The notes: generated from the letters alone by a model not told the origin. 64,000 bases of DNA from an uncultured cyanobacterium (GCA_963744145.1 CAVUSO010000001.1:6912001-6976000), one strand, 5' to 3'; positions 29,550 to 41,207 are shown, counted from the first letter of the stretch. Numbers and translations: made by a program.

Positions 29550-30014
29550 TTAATCTGTTTCTGCGGCCATAGCCCGGACAATATCCCCACGAGTAATAAT
29601 CCCAATCACTTTACCAGAGGAATCTAATACGGGTAATCGATGTACACTACGTTTGTGCATCAGACCTGCTGCTTCTGCTACAGATTTTTCTGAGGTGATC
29701 GTAATCGGATCTCCACTCATCACTTCTCCCACGGTTTGTCCTAGGGCTTTGTGTAGTTCTCGCTCGTAGCGATGGGGATTTTCCAAATAAATTACGCTAT
29801 CGAGCAACATCATATAGGCCGGTGGCTCTACTTCGGTGGCTCTCCACATTAGGTCAGTTTCCGAAATCACCCCGACTAAATTGCCTGAATCATCGACTAC
29901 GGGCAGACCGCTAATGCGTTTTTCTGCCAAAATTTTAATAGCCTCTTTTAAGGGTGTTTGAGGTTGGACTAAAATTGGCTCACGGCTCATGATGTCGGCG
30001 ACAGTTTTAGGCAT
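29550..30014 (-). CDS. CBS-pair protein
   Basis: RISGLPVVD...GVISETDL; VHRLPV...GIITRGDI. Confidence 0.92.
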   Translation of the reverse strand: MPKTVADIMSREPILVQPQTPLKEAIKILAEKRISGLPVVDDSGNLVGVISETDLMWRATEVEPPAYMMLLDSVIYLENPHRYERELHKALGQTVGEVMSGDPITITSEKSVAEAAGLMHKRSVHRLPVLDSSGKVIGIITRGDIVRAMAAETD

Positions 30015-30105
30015 AGTTACTTAATACCTTTGATTGGCTTTCTGGGATCATCATAACCCTTGAGCAGACACAGCTTGAAAAAATTTGGATGGCGATTTGA
30101 TTACA

Positions 30106-30411
30106 ATGCCAGAAACTGATTCTCTCACTAAGTGCGTGATGGTGTGCCAACACCGTTCTTGTCTGCAAAACGGTTCGGCTGATGTTTTAAAGGCTTTTGC
30201 AACTGCAAAAATTCCTGGCTATGAAGTTAAAAGCAGTGATTGTCTATGTCAGTGTAGTTCTGGACCAACAGTCAGGATTACTCCAGAGGAAACTTGGTAT
30301 TGTCGGGTTAAACCAGATGCAGTACCTCTGATTATTGAACAACATCTTCAAGGTGGTAAACCAGTGGAAGCTTTACTTAATCCTCGAATCCATTTACGTT
30401 TTTCTATTTGA
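30106..30411 (+). CDS. Thioredoxin-like (2Fe-2S) ferredoxin
   Basis: VMVCQHRSC...CLCQCSSGPTVRI.PEETWY. Confidence 0.85.
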   Translation: MPETDSLTKCVMVCQHRSCLQNGSADVLKAFATAKIPGYEVKSSDCLCQCSSGPTVRITPEETWYCRVKPDAVPLIIEQHLQGGKPVEALLNPRIHLRFSI

Positions 30412-30853
30412 ATGTGGTTAATCAAGAATTTTGATGGATTATAGTATTTCCGAGAACTGTTAAGACCTCAGCCGTGGAAAGATGCTAATCAATTAACTAA
30501 AGAGTTAATACTTAGATTGGCTAAGTTGATTGGTTCTATTATTAATCCTAGCAAAATTGAACCGCTAAAAGTCTATGGTAAAGAACAATTTATTTTGCAG
30601 TTAAATTTAGAGCCGACTTTGAGCAAAAACCATCCCAATTACTTGTACGGGCGTATTCTTACGCCCCTTCAACCCTGGACTGGTGATGGCAGTTTAATTT
30701 TGTTCGGAGTATTGAGTTAGGAGACTTCAAATAATGGTAAAATATGCTAAACGGTTAGTTAAAAAACATCTTTGCTGAGATAACAATAAAATTATGCTGA
30801 TTTTGATTTCGGCCCTAGCTGACCCAAAATAACTAAAGTTAAGGAAAATTCCT

Positions 30854-32062
30854 ATGCACACAGGTTGGAGGATTGGGTCTTTGTTGGGAATTCCTATGTT
30901 TTTAGACCCTTCCTGGTTTATTATTTTAATCTTGTTTACTATTGCTAATGAACAAGTTTGGCAAATGCTCTACCCAAAATGGGGGTTAGTTCTCACTTGG
31001 AGTGCTGGACTGCTGATTTCTCTGTTAATGTTTGTTTCTGTGGTACTCCATGAACTTGGTCATAGTTTGGTAGCGCGATCGCAAGGAATCAAAGTCACCT
31101 CGATTACCCTATTTTTATTCGGTGGGATCGCTGCTATCGATCGAGAATCAAAAACACCAGGTGAAGCTTTACAAGTAGCGATCGCTGGACCAGTAGTAAG
31201 TTTGACTATATATGCTCTCCTAACTTTATTGGTTCAATTGATTCAATTACCAGAACCAGTTAGGGTTTTGACCAGAGATCTAGCTGATTTGAACCTGGTG
31301 TTAGGGATATTCAACCTAATTCCTGGTTTACCCTTAGATGGTGGTCAAGTTTTAAAAGCAATTGTTTGGAAAATCACTGGTAATCGTTTTCAAGGTGTAC
31401 ATTGGGCAGCTAGATCAGGTAAAGTTTTAGGTTGGGGTGCAATTTTAAGCGGACTAGGTGCATTTTTCCTAGGAGGTCGAGATGGTGTCGGTGGGTTATG
31501 GGTGGTCTTGTTAGGATGGTTTGCTGTTCGTAATGCTAATAATTATGACCATCTGACCGATCTCCAAGAAGCTTTGTTAAAATTAACAGCAGCCGAGGTA
31601 ATGACTCGCGATTTTCGAGTAGTAAATGCTAATTTGACCTTGCGGGAATTTGCCGATAATTACCTGTTAGAAGCGACTAAACCTCAAGTTTATTTTGCTG
31701 CTGCGGATGGTCGTTATCGTGGTCAAGTTTCAGCCCTAGATTTGCAATCAATTGAGCGGAGTCAATGGGAAATTCAACACTTACATCAGATTGTACATAC
31801 TTTAACGGAAATTATTAGTGTTTCTGAAAAAAATACCCTGGTTGAAGTAATTAATCGGATGGAAACCCATCAACTACGTCAAATTACAGTTCTTTCTCCT
31901 GCTGGTACGGTAGCTGGGATTATTGATCGGGGAGATATTGTGCAAGCTTTAGGAAATGACCTGGGAATGGAAATTTCGACCGTCGCGATCGCTCAGATTA
32001 AAAGTGAAGGGACTTATCCACCTGGATTACAACTCAATGCGATCGCTAAATCTTTGGAGTAA
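30854..32062 (+). CDS. Site-2 (M50) protease with CBS domains
   Basis: HELGH, NLIPGLPLDGG. Confidence 0.93.
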   Translation: MHTGWRIGSLLGIPMFLDPSWFIILILFTIANEQVWQMLYPKWGLVLTWSAGLLISLLMFVSVVLHELGHSLVARSQGIKVTSITLFLFGGIAAIDRESKTPGEALQVAIAGPVVSLTIYALLTLLVQLIQLPEPVRVLTRDLADLNLVLGIFNLIPGLPLDGGQVLKAIVWKITGNRFQGVHWAARSGKVLGWGAILSGLGAFFLGGRDGVGGLWVVLLGWFAVRNANNYDHLTDLQEALLKLTAAEVMTRDFRVVNANLTLREFADNYLLEATKPQVYFAAADGRYRGQVSALDLQSIERSQWEIQHLHQIVHTLTEIISVSEKNTLVEVINRMETHQLRQITVLSPAGTVAGIIDRGDIVQALGNDLGMEISTVAIAQIKSEGTYPPGLQLNAIAKSLE

Positions 32063-32832
32063 ATTGGCGAATTTGCTCCCATTCTTGCTCTGATAAAGGC
32101 TGAGGAATTAGTTCGATCTTAAAACAATCTGCTGCGGCTAAAATTAGGGTATCGATTACAGTCGTAAACAGAGCATCTCCAGATAAAGATAAGGGTAATT
32201 TGAGGGGAATTTCCGTTTCTCCAAAAACTTGATGAAATAGTTCAGCATCTGGCTCTAACCGCAGTGAACCATGTTGTAAAATTGCCTGACCATGTTTTAA
32301 TTGAGCGCTCCCAATTAACTTAGAGCCATTCCCTAAGACTAAATCTGCTCCTGTAGCAGTACCAAAACAATTGGGATTGTGAATATAGTTTCTTTGCTCA
32401 GAACCATAATGTAATTCTAATCCTAATCTTAAACAACCTTGAATTAAAAACTCACAGATCTGTTGATATACTTGAAGGCGATCGCCACTAAATTGGGAAG
32501 TAATCACTGCGTAGGTTAAATCACCCTGGTGTAGTACCGCTCTACCACCAGTCGGAACGTTTAACCAGATCAAGCAATTGACCTTGCCAAGTTAAATTTT
32601 GCCAAAAATCGGGCCATCGATGTTGATGATAGCCTAAAGAAATTGCTGGTGGAGACCAGGTATAAAATCTTAAAATCGAGGGCTGATCTCCCTGGAGCTG
32701 CTGGGTAAATAACCATTGGTCGATCGCCATCTGGATTTTTCCGGGCGATCGTAACCAAGGAATCAAACGCCACACAGATTGTGATGGGGAACTACTGGGC
32801 AAATTCTGCTTGGAGAAGATCATCATTATCAT
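32046..32832 (-). CDS. Lipoate-protein ligase A family protein, split by a +1 frameshift at ~32557
   Basis: QMAIDQWL...LRFYTWSPPAISLGYHQ; KR(t)PTGGRAVLHQG; KLIGSAQ...ILQHGS. Confidence 0.85.
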
Positions 32833-33262
32833 CAGCGATCGTCGCTACTACGGTAATCGCTCGGGAAATTTCCCCTAAACTCAAATCAGCTACTGAGCGA
32901 GTTGAAATCACGACTACTTGCTGATCAACAATAGCAAATCGAGATTCAAAGGTATCTGACCAGTTCATTGATAATAATTTTCGCATTAATCGAGGTTCAT
33001 CTTTAGCGGGTAGGGAGAGAACTTTAGCCCAAACTGTCAAATTATCTAGATCCGTTGGACCTGTTAGTTGGACAAACACTTCCACGCTACCATATTGGAA
33101 CTTCCACAGATAACCACCATCGTTCTGACCCACCATCACCTTTTGGTCGAGTGCTAAACTAGCAATAATGGTCTCGATGTCTTCTGCTAGTTTAGTGGTA
33201 GCGACATCGGTGAGCTGTTCGTTGGTAATTACTTCTTCCGGAGACAGGTTTTGAGTAGACAT
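32792..33262 (-). CDS. YbjN domain protein
   Basis: LWKFQYGSVEVFVQLTG...EISRAITVVATIADDND. Confidence 0.85.
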   Translation of the reverse strand: MSTQNLSPEEVITNEQLTDVATTKLAEDIETIIASLALDQKVMVGQNDGGYLWKFQYGSVEVFVQLTGPTDLDNLTVWAKVLSLPAKDEPRLMRKLLSMNWSDTFESRFAIVDQQVVVISTRSVADLSLGEISRAITVVATIADDNDDLLQAEFAQ

Positions 33263-33500
33263 TATGATTTTTTAGCTCACACTACTGGGTGATATCATTT
33301 TACAATGCGTCGGGTGTCATACCAATTTTTGATGAGGGTGCAGAGAATTGATCCCCTCAACCCCCAGCAGGGCTGTTTCATGCCTTAAGAAAACCTCTCC
33401 TCCAACCCCTCAAAACAACTTCGCATCGGACTGAGAACGGTGAGGAGCGGCTCAGATGTTATTCAGTTGATAAAGTAAAGGAAAAAGATATCGATCGAAT

Positions 33501-34397
33501 ATGGAAGAATCAGAAGTACGAAGATTAATTCTCAGTTACTCAGATAGGACAGAAGTTAATCTAATGGGTAGAGGGTTGACTAATTTGCCAAAAGAGATAG
33601 GACTGCTATGTGTTTTGAGAAAACTTAATCTGTCTCATAACCCATTAAAACTTCTACCAGAAGAGATCGGGCAACTTCATTCCTTGACCCATCTCTCTCT
33701 TGGTTGGAACACACTAACAAGCGTACCAGCAGAGATCGGGCAACTTCATTCTTTGACCCATCTCTATCTGGATAGTAACCAGCTAACAAGCATACCAGCA
33801 GAGATCGGACAACTTCATTCCTTGATCCATCTCTCTCTTAGTTGGAACCAACTAACAAGCGTACCAACAGAGATAGAGCAACTTCATTCCTTGATCCATC
33901 TCTCTCTTAGTTGGAACCAACTAACAAGCGTACCAACAGAGATAGGGCAACTCCATTCTTTAAAAGCGCTTTCTGTCGATCGTAACCCCATTGAAGATTT
34001 ATCTATTTTGGCTAATCATCCCAATCAAGATTTGAATGTTTACTGTTTTGGCGTCAATTTACCACGTCGCTACTGGACGCATTTAAACCAGTGGAAAGCT
34101 GAATGGTTACTTACAGAAGAAAATGCTGGAATTCGGAGAATTTTGATTCGGCAGCTAGGATACGATCGCATCATTGAAGAATTAAAAGCAATCGAAATCG
34201 ATCACTATCGAGAATATACCCTCCTCAAGATTGATGCAAATATTGATATTGAACCCATCCATTTACTAAAAATGACTTGTCCAAGTACAGATCATATTCA
34301 TGTCCTGCGTGTTCCACCTGTTCTTGATTCAGCTAGAGAAGCAATTCGCTGGGTTAACTGGGATGTTGACCCTGAATCTTTTGCTACGGAAACTTGA
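33501..34397 (+). CDS. Leucine-rich repeat protein with C-terminal DUF6745-like domain
   Basis: 23-aa LRRs (EIGQLHSLTHLSLxxNxLTSVP); WLLTEENA.IRR...LLKMTCPST...LRVPP...AREAIRWVNW. Confidence 0.85.
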   Translation: MEESEVRRLILSYSDRTEVNLMGRGLTNLPKEIGLLCVLRKLNLSHNPLKLLPEEIGQLHSLTHLSLGWNTLTSVPAEIGQLHSLTHLYLDSNQLTSIPAEIGQLHSLIHLSLSWNQLTSVPTEIEQLHSLIHLSLSWNQLTSVPTEIGQLHSLKALSVDRNPIEDLSILANHPNQDLNVYCFGVNLPRRYWTHLNQWKAEWLLTEENAGIRRILIRQLGYDRIIEELKAIEIDHYREYTLLKIDANIDIEPIHLLKMTCPSTDHIHVLRVPPVLDSAREAIRWVNWDVDPESFATET

Positions 34398-34559
34398 ATT
34401 ATTTATGGCGATCGTATTATTTTTCTTGGGAGAGCGATCGCTATCCCCATAAAGCCCCATGGCAAGTGGCCAAATATCAGACTCGCGATCGCTCCCAATC
34501 CAGCAAACCTTTAATCAACTTGCTAATGGGATTTAAGAATAGCGATCGCCATCAAACAA

Positions 34560-35324
34560 TCAATTCTCAACCAACACAGCATCAAGTAGCTCCCAATCAG
34601 TATCAACCCAGAATGTACCATCACTGAGGATTAACACATCATTAGGGGTTATTCCTGGAAGTACGGGGTTAGGTGTAGGTATAGTGGGCAAATCTTTAGC
34701 TTTGCATATTAATAACATCACTCTTATTAGTGCTGCTACTGAATCTTTATTAGCTAAATTTCCTATTTTATTCCAATTGACTCGACAAACTTCTCCATTT
34801 TCATCTTCTTCCATGTACAAGGGAATTGGTATTTGGGAAACGATAATATTTTTATCAGGAATATTAAAAACAGGAGTAGGAGGTATAATTCTGGCTAGTC
34901 TGCCAAAACCTTTATTAGCAAATTTATCAAAAATAGATGAAAGTGGTACTGTAAAAATTGCTAGGTTTTGTTGGGTAATATACCAATCAAAATCTTTAAG
35001 TTCAAGAGTGTAATTTGTGTTATTCCCATTAAGTCTATTATCTTCATTAATCTTTTCTACATAATCTTTAAATCGTTGGTCTTCTAATAAGTATAGATAC
35101 TTTTGTGCATCAAAGTCAAGATAAGAAATATCTAGTTGTACTTTTATCGCTATATCTAGCTGATCAGATCCATCTCCTACATAAATAGGTTCTGAACAAA
35201 TATAGGCTTTTTTTCCAAAATATAGATGTTTACGATCGGCAATGGTAATTTCGTCTCCAATATCAGGGACTGTTAAGGGTATAAATTTTGTAGTTTTATT
35301 TTTAGACTTGCGGTTCTTCCCCAT
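34560..35324 (-). CDS. Hypothetical protein (AT-rich)
   Basis: 254-aa ORF, no recognisable motif. Confidence 0.6.
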   Translation of the reverse strand: MGKNRKSKNKTTKFIPLTVPDIGDEITIADRKHLYFGKKAYICSEPIYVGDGSDQLDIAIKVQLDISYLDFDAQKYLYLLEDQRFKDYVEKINEDNRLNGNNTNYTLELKDFDWYITQQNLAIFTVPLSSIFDKFANKGFGRLARIIPPTPVFNIPDKNIIVSQIPIPLYMEEDENGEVCRVNWNKIGNLANKDSVAALIRVMLLICKAKDLPTIPTPNPVLPGITPNDVLILSDGTFWVDTDWELLDAVLVEN

Positions 35325-35394
35325 TTTCTTGTTCCTATCTTATGCTCAATATTATATTTTACCATATGGCTGAAACCTCAGTATTGAGTAGCTT

Positions 35395-35460
35395 AGAAAC
35401 CGGGTTTCTTAGTCAACTCTGGGTGAGTCTGTCTTAATTATAACAGAAACCCGGTTTCTT
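35395..35460. repeat. AGAAACCGGGTTTCT palindromic REP-like pair
   Basis: agaaaccgggtttct ... agaaacccggtttct; related copy near 36082. Confidence 0.7.
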
Positions 35461-35526
35461 GACCCAGATTGCGTTCAATTATGGAATATATTACACTTAT
35501 GTGTAGAGAAAAGGGGGTCAAATAAA

Positions 35527-36024
35527 ATGACAACTATCAAATCAATACCAACTGCAATAACATCTCTTTATGAACAGGATTTTTATCTGTGGTTACAGAC
35601 AATTATCAACTTATTAAAAGAGGGAAAATTTGCCGAAATAGATTTAGAAAACTTACTAGAGGAACTGGAAAGTATGGGGAGCAGCGATAAAAATGCTTTA
35701 AAGAGTAATTTGAGGGTACTTCTCATGCACTTACTCAAGTATAAATATCAGCCGGAAAACCGAACAAATAGTTGGCATTACACCATTATAGAACATCGTA
35801 AACGCATCCGAGATACCTTCAAAACCAGTCCGAGTTTATATCGTTTTTTTGAAGAGATTTTTAATGAATCTTATCAAGATGCTAGGGAACTCACCGCAGG
35901 TGAAACAGGTTTATCTATTGTGATATTTCCCCCAGAGTCTCCCTTTACTGGAGAAGAAGTTCTTAATCCTGATTTTTTACCGACTGACAGCGATCTACCT
36001 GAAAATCCTGAAAATATTGAATAA
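35527..36024 (+). CDS. DUF29 family protein
   Basis: LYEQDFYLW...DLENLLEELESMG...LLMHLLKYKYQP...SPSL. Confidence 0.92.
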   Translation: MTTIKSIPTAITSLYEQDFYLWLQTIINLLKEGKFAEIDLENLLEELESMGSSDKNALKSNLRVLLMHLLKYKYQPENRTNSWHYTIIEHRKRIRDTFKTSPSLYRFFEEIFNESYQDARELTAGETGLSIVIFPPESPFTGEEVLNPDFLPTDSDLPENPENIE

Positions 36025-36178
36025 TTGAATCAGATATCCTTCTTTAGTAATTGCTTTTTTCAATGTTTTAGGACTTACGCAAAGAACCCGGGTTTCTGGG
36101 CTGCGGTTTCTAGTTATACCACTTCAAAACTTTGATAGTCCCTAGAAACGAGAGTTAATGAGTTGAATAGTTTAATAA

Positions 36179-37903
36179 TTATTTTTCTGCTAATTTATCG
36201 AGTTTTTCCTTAACTGCTAAATCTAATAGTGAACGTAGTAAGATTAAAAACCATAATCCTGAGAAACTAAATGCTGCTGTTGCCCAAAATTTATATTTTC
36301 CTAAAAGTAAAACTGTCCCCGCTAATAAGGTAAATCCAGTTATACAAGCATAAATTAAACTTTTAATTGCTAAGTTAATTCGCTTTAAAGTCCGATCATT
36401 ATCTTCTGATTTCACTCGGAAAATAATTTCTCCCCGTTCTAGTCTTTCTTCTACCCGTTGAATTAAGAGTTCCGATCGCGTCGGTTGTTGTAATTTATAT
36501 TTAATAAAATCTCTAGCTTGTCTACTAATTTCTACAATTAAATTTCCCTGTCCTTTTAGAGTTGTTAGACTTTTGACAAAAGGTTGGGCACAAGCAACGG
36601 GATTATATTGAGGATCTAAAGTGCGAGCAATTCCATCAAGAGTAGTTAAAGCTTTTAACACATAAGTCATTTGAGCTGGTAAGCGAAATGGTTGTTGCTC
36701 GAACATTGTATATAGTTCATTGCTCATTTCCCTAAAAGCTTTTAAATCTATTGGTTTTTCAGTAAATTGATCTAAGGTAAACTTTAATAGTCTTTTGACT
36801 GGTGCCAGATCAGACACGGGTACAATTAATCCCATCTCGATTAAAGCATCAAGAACAGCATCTGAATCTTTCTTTAAAACTGCAAAAAAAGTTTCAATCA
36901 TCTGTTCTTTTGTTAAAGATTTTATTTCTACCATCATGCCAAAATCGTAAAAAATTAAGCTGCCATCTTGACGGACTGCCATATTGCCTGGATGGGGATC
37001 GGCTTGAAAAAAACCATCTAGTAATAATTGTTTTAGATAACAGCAAATCCCCAGTTTATTCAGTTCTGTGATATCGATACCACAAGCTTCTAAAGTTGGG
37101 CGATCGTCTACTTTAATCCCTGGTAAATACTCAATAGTCAACACTTTGCTCGTGGTATATCGCCAATAGGTTTTGGGGATAATTATGCGCGGATAATCTT
37201 TAAAATTTTCGGCGAATCGTTCCGCATTTTTAGCTTCTTGCACATAATCAATTTCTTGATATAAGATTTTGAAAAATTCATCATAAATCAATTCTAATTC
37301 ATATTTCCTTGTCCAGGAAAAATAGTGCTGACAAAATCGAACCAGTTTACCCAACGCTTGAAAATCTAGATTGAATAACTTGTCTAAACCAGGACGTTGC
37401 ACCTTAACAATAACTTCTTCACCGCTATGGAGTCGGGCTTTATGTACTTGTCCTAAACTAGCAGCAGCGATCGGAAATCGTTCAAAATCTCGATAGAGAG
37501 CATAAAGAGAATTTCCTAATTCTGATTCCACTAGAGCGATCGCTTCTTCGGAACTAAATGCAGGTACACGATCCTGTAACATTTCTAATGCTTCGATATA
37601 CTCTAAAGGTAATAAATCAGCCCGAGTAGATAGGGACTGTCCAATTTTAATAAAAGTTGGTCCTAAATCAAGTAGTGTATTCAGTAACCATTGAGCGCGA
37701 CGTTTTTTTTGCCAAGTCGAATTATTTGCAAATATATCATCCCACCACAAATAAAACATCCATGTTCCTGCTGATCTAAAAACTTCCAGCTGACGTGCTA
37801 GAGGAGAAGATGCAAATTTTTGCCACCGTAATGGTTTGGATGCTGCTGGTTTGAGCATATTTTTATTGAGCTTATATGTTGATACTCCTTTAATTCTATT
37901 CAT
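36179..37903 (-). CDS. ABC1/AarF/UbiB atypical kinase
   Basis: LGPTFIKIGQ, AAASLGQVH, VKVQRPG, ADPHPGN, YDFGM. Confidence 0.93.
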   Translation of the reverse strand: MNRIKGVSTYKLNKNMLKPAASKPLRWQKFASSPLARQLEVFRSAGTWMFYLWWDDIFANNSTWQKKRRAQWLLNTLLDLGPTFIKIGQSLSTRADLLPLEYIEALEMLQDRVPAFSSEEAIALVESELGNSLYALYRDFERFPIAAASLGQVHKARLHSGEEVIVKVQRPGLDKLFNLDFQALGKLVRFCQHYFSWTRKYELELIYDEFFKILYQEIDYVQEAKNAERFAENFKDYPRIIIPKTYWRYTTSKVLTIEYLPGIKVDDRPTLEACGIDITELNKLGICCYLKQLLLDGFFQADPHPGNMAVRQDGSLIFYDFGMMVEIKSLTKEQMIETFFAVLKKDSDAVLDALIEMGLIVPVSDLAPVKRLLKFTLDQFTEKPIDLKAFREMSNELYTMFEQQPFRLPAQMTYVLKALTTLDGIARTLDPQYNPVACAQPFVKSLTTLKGQGNLIVEISRQARDFIKYKLQQPTRSELLIQRVEERLERGEIIFRVKSEDNDRTLKRINLAIKSLIYACITGFTLLAGTVLLLGKYKFWATAAFSFSGLWFLILLRSLLDLAVKEKLDKLAEK

Positions 37904-39948
37904 GCTTTAGATCGATCGACTAAATGGGGTAAACAGAGAGTAAAACAGGTTTCGTAAGATGAAGAATTTTCTAAAGGATTACTGGTGACTGTAATTGTAC
38001 CATTTAAGTGCTGGACTAAACACTTGACTAGTGCTAGTCCTAACCCAGTACCTTGAATTGCTTGTTTAGTAGCATCTTTACCGCGACGAAATTTATCAAA
38101 AATATGAGGAAGTTCTGTGGGAGCAATCCCCTGTCCAATATTGGTTAAGCTGATCACCATTTGATTAATTTGTTCATCAACTTGGTGAATTGCTTTTAAA
38201 ATCACAGTTGTCCCGGGATCAGAGTATTTACCAGCATTAGTTAATAGTTCTAAGAGGAGACGAGTTAAACTGTCCCGATCGGTTTGGATTTTTAGCGATC
38301 GGGTGGGAACATCTACGCACAAGCTGATCCCATTTTCCTGCCATTTTTGGATTAATGGAATAGTGATTTCCCGGATTAAATCTTTTAATTCTAAAGTTTC
38401 TATTTGGATCTGTGCTTGCTGAGATTCAAATTGTTGCAGTGCTAGTAAATCATTGACTAGATTGATTTCTTGGTTGCATTGTTGTTCGAGAATATCCAAA
38501 TATCTCATTGTTCGTTCTGGTGAAATTCCGGGCTGACGTAACATTCGGATTGCCAAATTCATGCTGGTTAAAGGTGTTCGCAATTCGTGACTCATGGTGC
38601 TGACAAATTCATCTTTAAGTTGATTTAATTGCCGGAGTTGGTCAACTTGTTGGCGAACTTTTTCATATAATTTTGCCTGGACTGCTAGAGAACCTTGCAA
38701 CTGAATAGTACGATCTTCAACTAAAGCAGAAAAGTGTCGATTGGTTTGATTATGGATAATCGCGATGCTAATTAGAGCTGCTACTAATTTAACAAATTCT
38801 AATTCTTCCGTTTGCCACGGACGGGGTTGACTTTGTTGCCATGCTAAAAATCCTAGCACTTTACTTTGTCCTGAACCGGAATTAATTCCTCCTAGGAGTG
38901 GGATCAGCAAGATGATGGGCATAAGTTCCCAAGTAAAAATATCAGCAATTTTAATTTCTGGCTCAGTGGTAATCAGTTCTTGTTGATCAGCGATCGCGAC
39001 AGGAGTTGAGGGATCACTAAATACTGTTTTACATAGATGACATTCTGATAACCAAAAGGATTTGTTCTGGTTTTGGTATTGTTTTCGTTTACCAACTGTG
39101 GCTGTTTTTACATTTTTTGACCATTCCTGGGCAACGGTTACCTTCGCATGAGGAATTAGTGATGAAGAAAACACAGTTTCGTTATACTTTAGCATTAAGA
39201 GTAAGCTGCGTTCTACTTCTAGTGCTGTAGCTGTACCATCAATTGCTAAGGTAAAAATTTGATTTAAGTCCTCAGAATTGAGAATTGCCCTGGTTAACTG
39301 CCCAATCATTTGTTGGTGTTGTCTAGATGAGTGTAATTTTTGTTCAGCCTCAGCGATCGCTTGCTTTTGCACTACTGGTAAAATTGCCAAAGATACTTGA
39401 TTAGTAAGGTGTTTGAGTTGTTTTTTTTCTAATTCCGTCCACTCTCTGACTTGGTTTTTTTGAGAACTTTTGCGACTACGGGAATTTTTCCTACCCAAGT
39501 CAACTCCCCGACTCAGCATCAAGAAAATTCCCCCATTTATTTTACTTAAAAAACGAGTGGCACTACCTAAAATTCTTCTAATTGGTAAATTAGCCCCACA
39601 TTCTAATCTAAAATCCGCGATCGTGGTAGTTTTGAGATCATTAACTTCCCATAGCTCATGGTCGAGTTCGGGATTGGTTATTAGCATAGTGAGGAGTTGC
39701 TGTCCCAATTCAGAAATTTGTAACCATGACATCTGGTCTACCTGAAGGGGTGATGGCCAACCAACTATTTGAGTAGTGGTGCAAATTAGACAATAGTCTA
39801 CCTGAAAAGCTGATCCTAACAGCTCGGCAATTTTGAGCAAGATTAGTTCTGAGTCAGGGTTAGTGAGGACTATTTGGGTAATCTGTTGCTCTAAGTGAGT
39901 GATTTCTAGCTGGGACTTCATCCTTGGCACCGATAGTCGTGAGCACAC
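37900..39948 (-). CDS. GAF-domain sensor histidine kinase
   Basis: FVSTMSHELRTPL, ELLTNAGKYS, IFDKFRRG, GTGLGLALV. Confidence 0.92.
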   Translation of the reverse strand: MCSRLSVPRMKSQLEITHLEQQITQIVLTNPDSELILLKIAELLGSAFQVDYCLICTTTQIVGWPSPLQVDQMSWLQISELGQQLLTMLITNPELDHELWEVNDLKTTTIADFRLECGANLPIRRILGSATRFLSKINGGIFLMLSRGVDLGRKNSRSRKSSQKNQVREWTELEKKQLKHLTNQVSLAILPVVQKQAIAEAEQKLHSSRQHQQMIGQLTRAILNSEDLNQIFTLAIDGTATALEVERSLLLMLKYNETVFSSSLIPHAKVTVAQEWSKNVKTATVGKRKQYQNQNKSFWLSECHLCKTVFSDPSTPVAIADQQELITTEPEIKIADIFTWELMPIILLIPLLGGINSGSGQSKVLGFLAWQQSQPRPWQTEELEFVKLVAALISIAIIHNQTNRHFSALVEDRTIQLQGSLAVQAKLYEKVRQQVDQLRQLNQLKDEFVSTMSHELRTPLTSMNLAIRMLRQPGISPERTMRYLDILEQQCNQEINLVNDLLALQQFESQQAQIQIETLELKDLIREITIPLIQKWQENGISLCVDVPTRSLKIQTDRDSLTRLLLELLTNAGKYSDPGTTVILKAIHQVDEQINQMVISLTNIGQGIAPTELPHIFDKFRRGKDATKQAIQGTGLGLALVKCLVQHLNGTITVTSNPLENSSSYETCFTLCLPHLVDRSKA

Positions 39949-40317
39949 TGGTTCAATTGATCGGGGCTTTTCAGATGTTAAAGACTATGACATAGTTACT
40001 TCAATTACGTGGTAGCAAGGTTTTTGCTGGCACACCGAACCGAGCGTAACTATATTTTGATGATTTTTTGCTTTGCTTGTATTAGTGGAAATGCGGAGAT
40101 TTCAAATCCACTTTACCACGGACGATTTGATAGCCCTAAATCCTATAACCTTCTCCTTTTTATCATAAGTTTTCTGATTAGCTACCAATCAAAGATGAAG
40201 AAAAAATGTCTGGGAATTTCCAGCAATTTATGATTTTTTTGGGTTACCTTTTTTTTTCTTAGTTACCCATGATGGGCAAATGTAATAATTTATACTTATA
40301 GTCCTTAAAGTCTAGAC

Positions 40318-41207
40318 TTATTCCCGTTGAGAACGCCGACGCTGGGCTTCCTGTTGAGCAGTTTCACTATTTTGACTGTAAATTTTCATCCGATTTTGTG
40401 CAGTCTCATAGCGTTCATCTTTACTAGATATACTTGCCATTAAATCAGAAGCCTTTTGCCATTTAGCAGCGATCGCTAACCATTCAGCTGAAGATTTAGC
40501 ACTTTTACCTTCTTTACTAGCTTGTTCAGCCATTCCTACCGCTTGAGCAAAATAATCTGTCGCAGTGGTTAAAGTGGGCTGAGGCTTTTGACTTTTTGGT
40601 AAATTAGTCTCAACTGCTGGAGTTTTTGCGGGTTGATTACCTTTCCACCATGAGGTCAGCCCAGCATAAACTAACCAGCCCAGCAAGACAACGACCAAAC
40701 TCACACTAGCACCACCGATAATACCTCGCCAAAACTGACGCTGTTCCCGCACCGAACGGGCTGAAGCAGTTTTGGGTAAATCTCGTTTATGGGATTGGTT
40801 TTTGTGTTGTTGCCAATCTTGAGCGAGACGGTGAAAAAAATTAGGTTTAACTAAGATAATTTCTTGGCCCATAACAACTGTTTTTCTGGTTCGCGACTAA
40901 TTTCTTCGAGCCAAAGGAGCTGCTGTTCACGGACAATCCGACTGTTAATTTTTACTCGTCGAATATGACGGGGAGCGAGCCACTCCAGAATTTCGCGGAC
41001 CCGTTCCACCAAAAAAGATTGTTCCAAATGAGAAACGCTCGACGCTTCGCACAAAAGTTGCAGAACACCATCGGCAAACATTGCTCTAGTTCTGACTCCA
41101 GCTTCTGCTAGCTTTTCATTCAGAACTTGAATAATGGCAGCAACGCTCCCTTGGCGTGCTTGCTGAACGATATCATCCATTGGATCTGTCATGTTTGCTT
41201 GCTTCAC
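40318..41207 (-). CDS. Conserved cyanobacterial hypothetical protein, split by a -1 frameshift at ~40870
   Basis: QARQGSVAAIIQVLNEKL...REQQLLWLEEI continues as QEIILVKPNF...WLAIAAKWQKASDLM if one base is added. Confidence 0.75.

Noticed and set aside
30517..30720. 67-aa ORF between the ferredoxin-like gene and the site-2 protease
   Set aside because: TTG start, no recognisable family; cannot be supported.
40282..40295. GTA-N8-TAC possible NtcA site upstream of the histidine kinase
   Set aside because: AT-rich context and no properly spaced -10 box; a chance match is likely.
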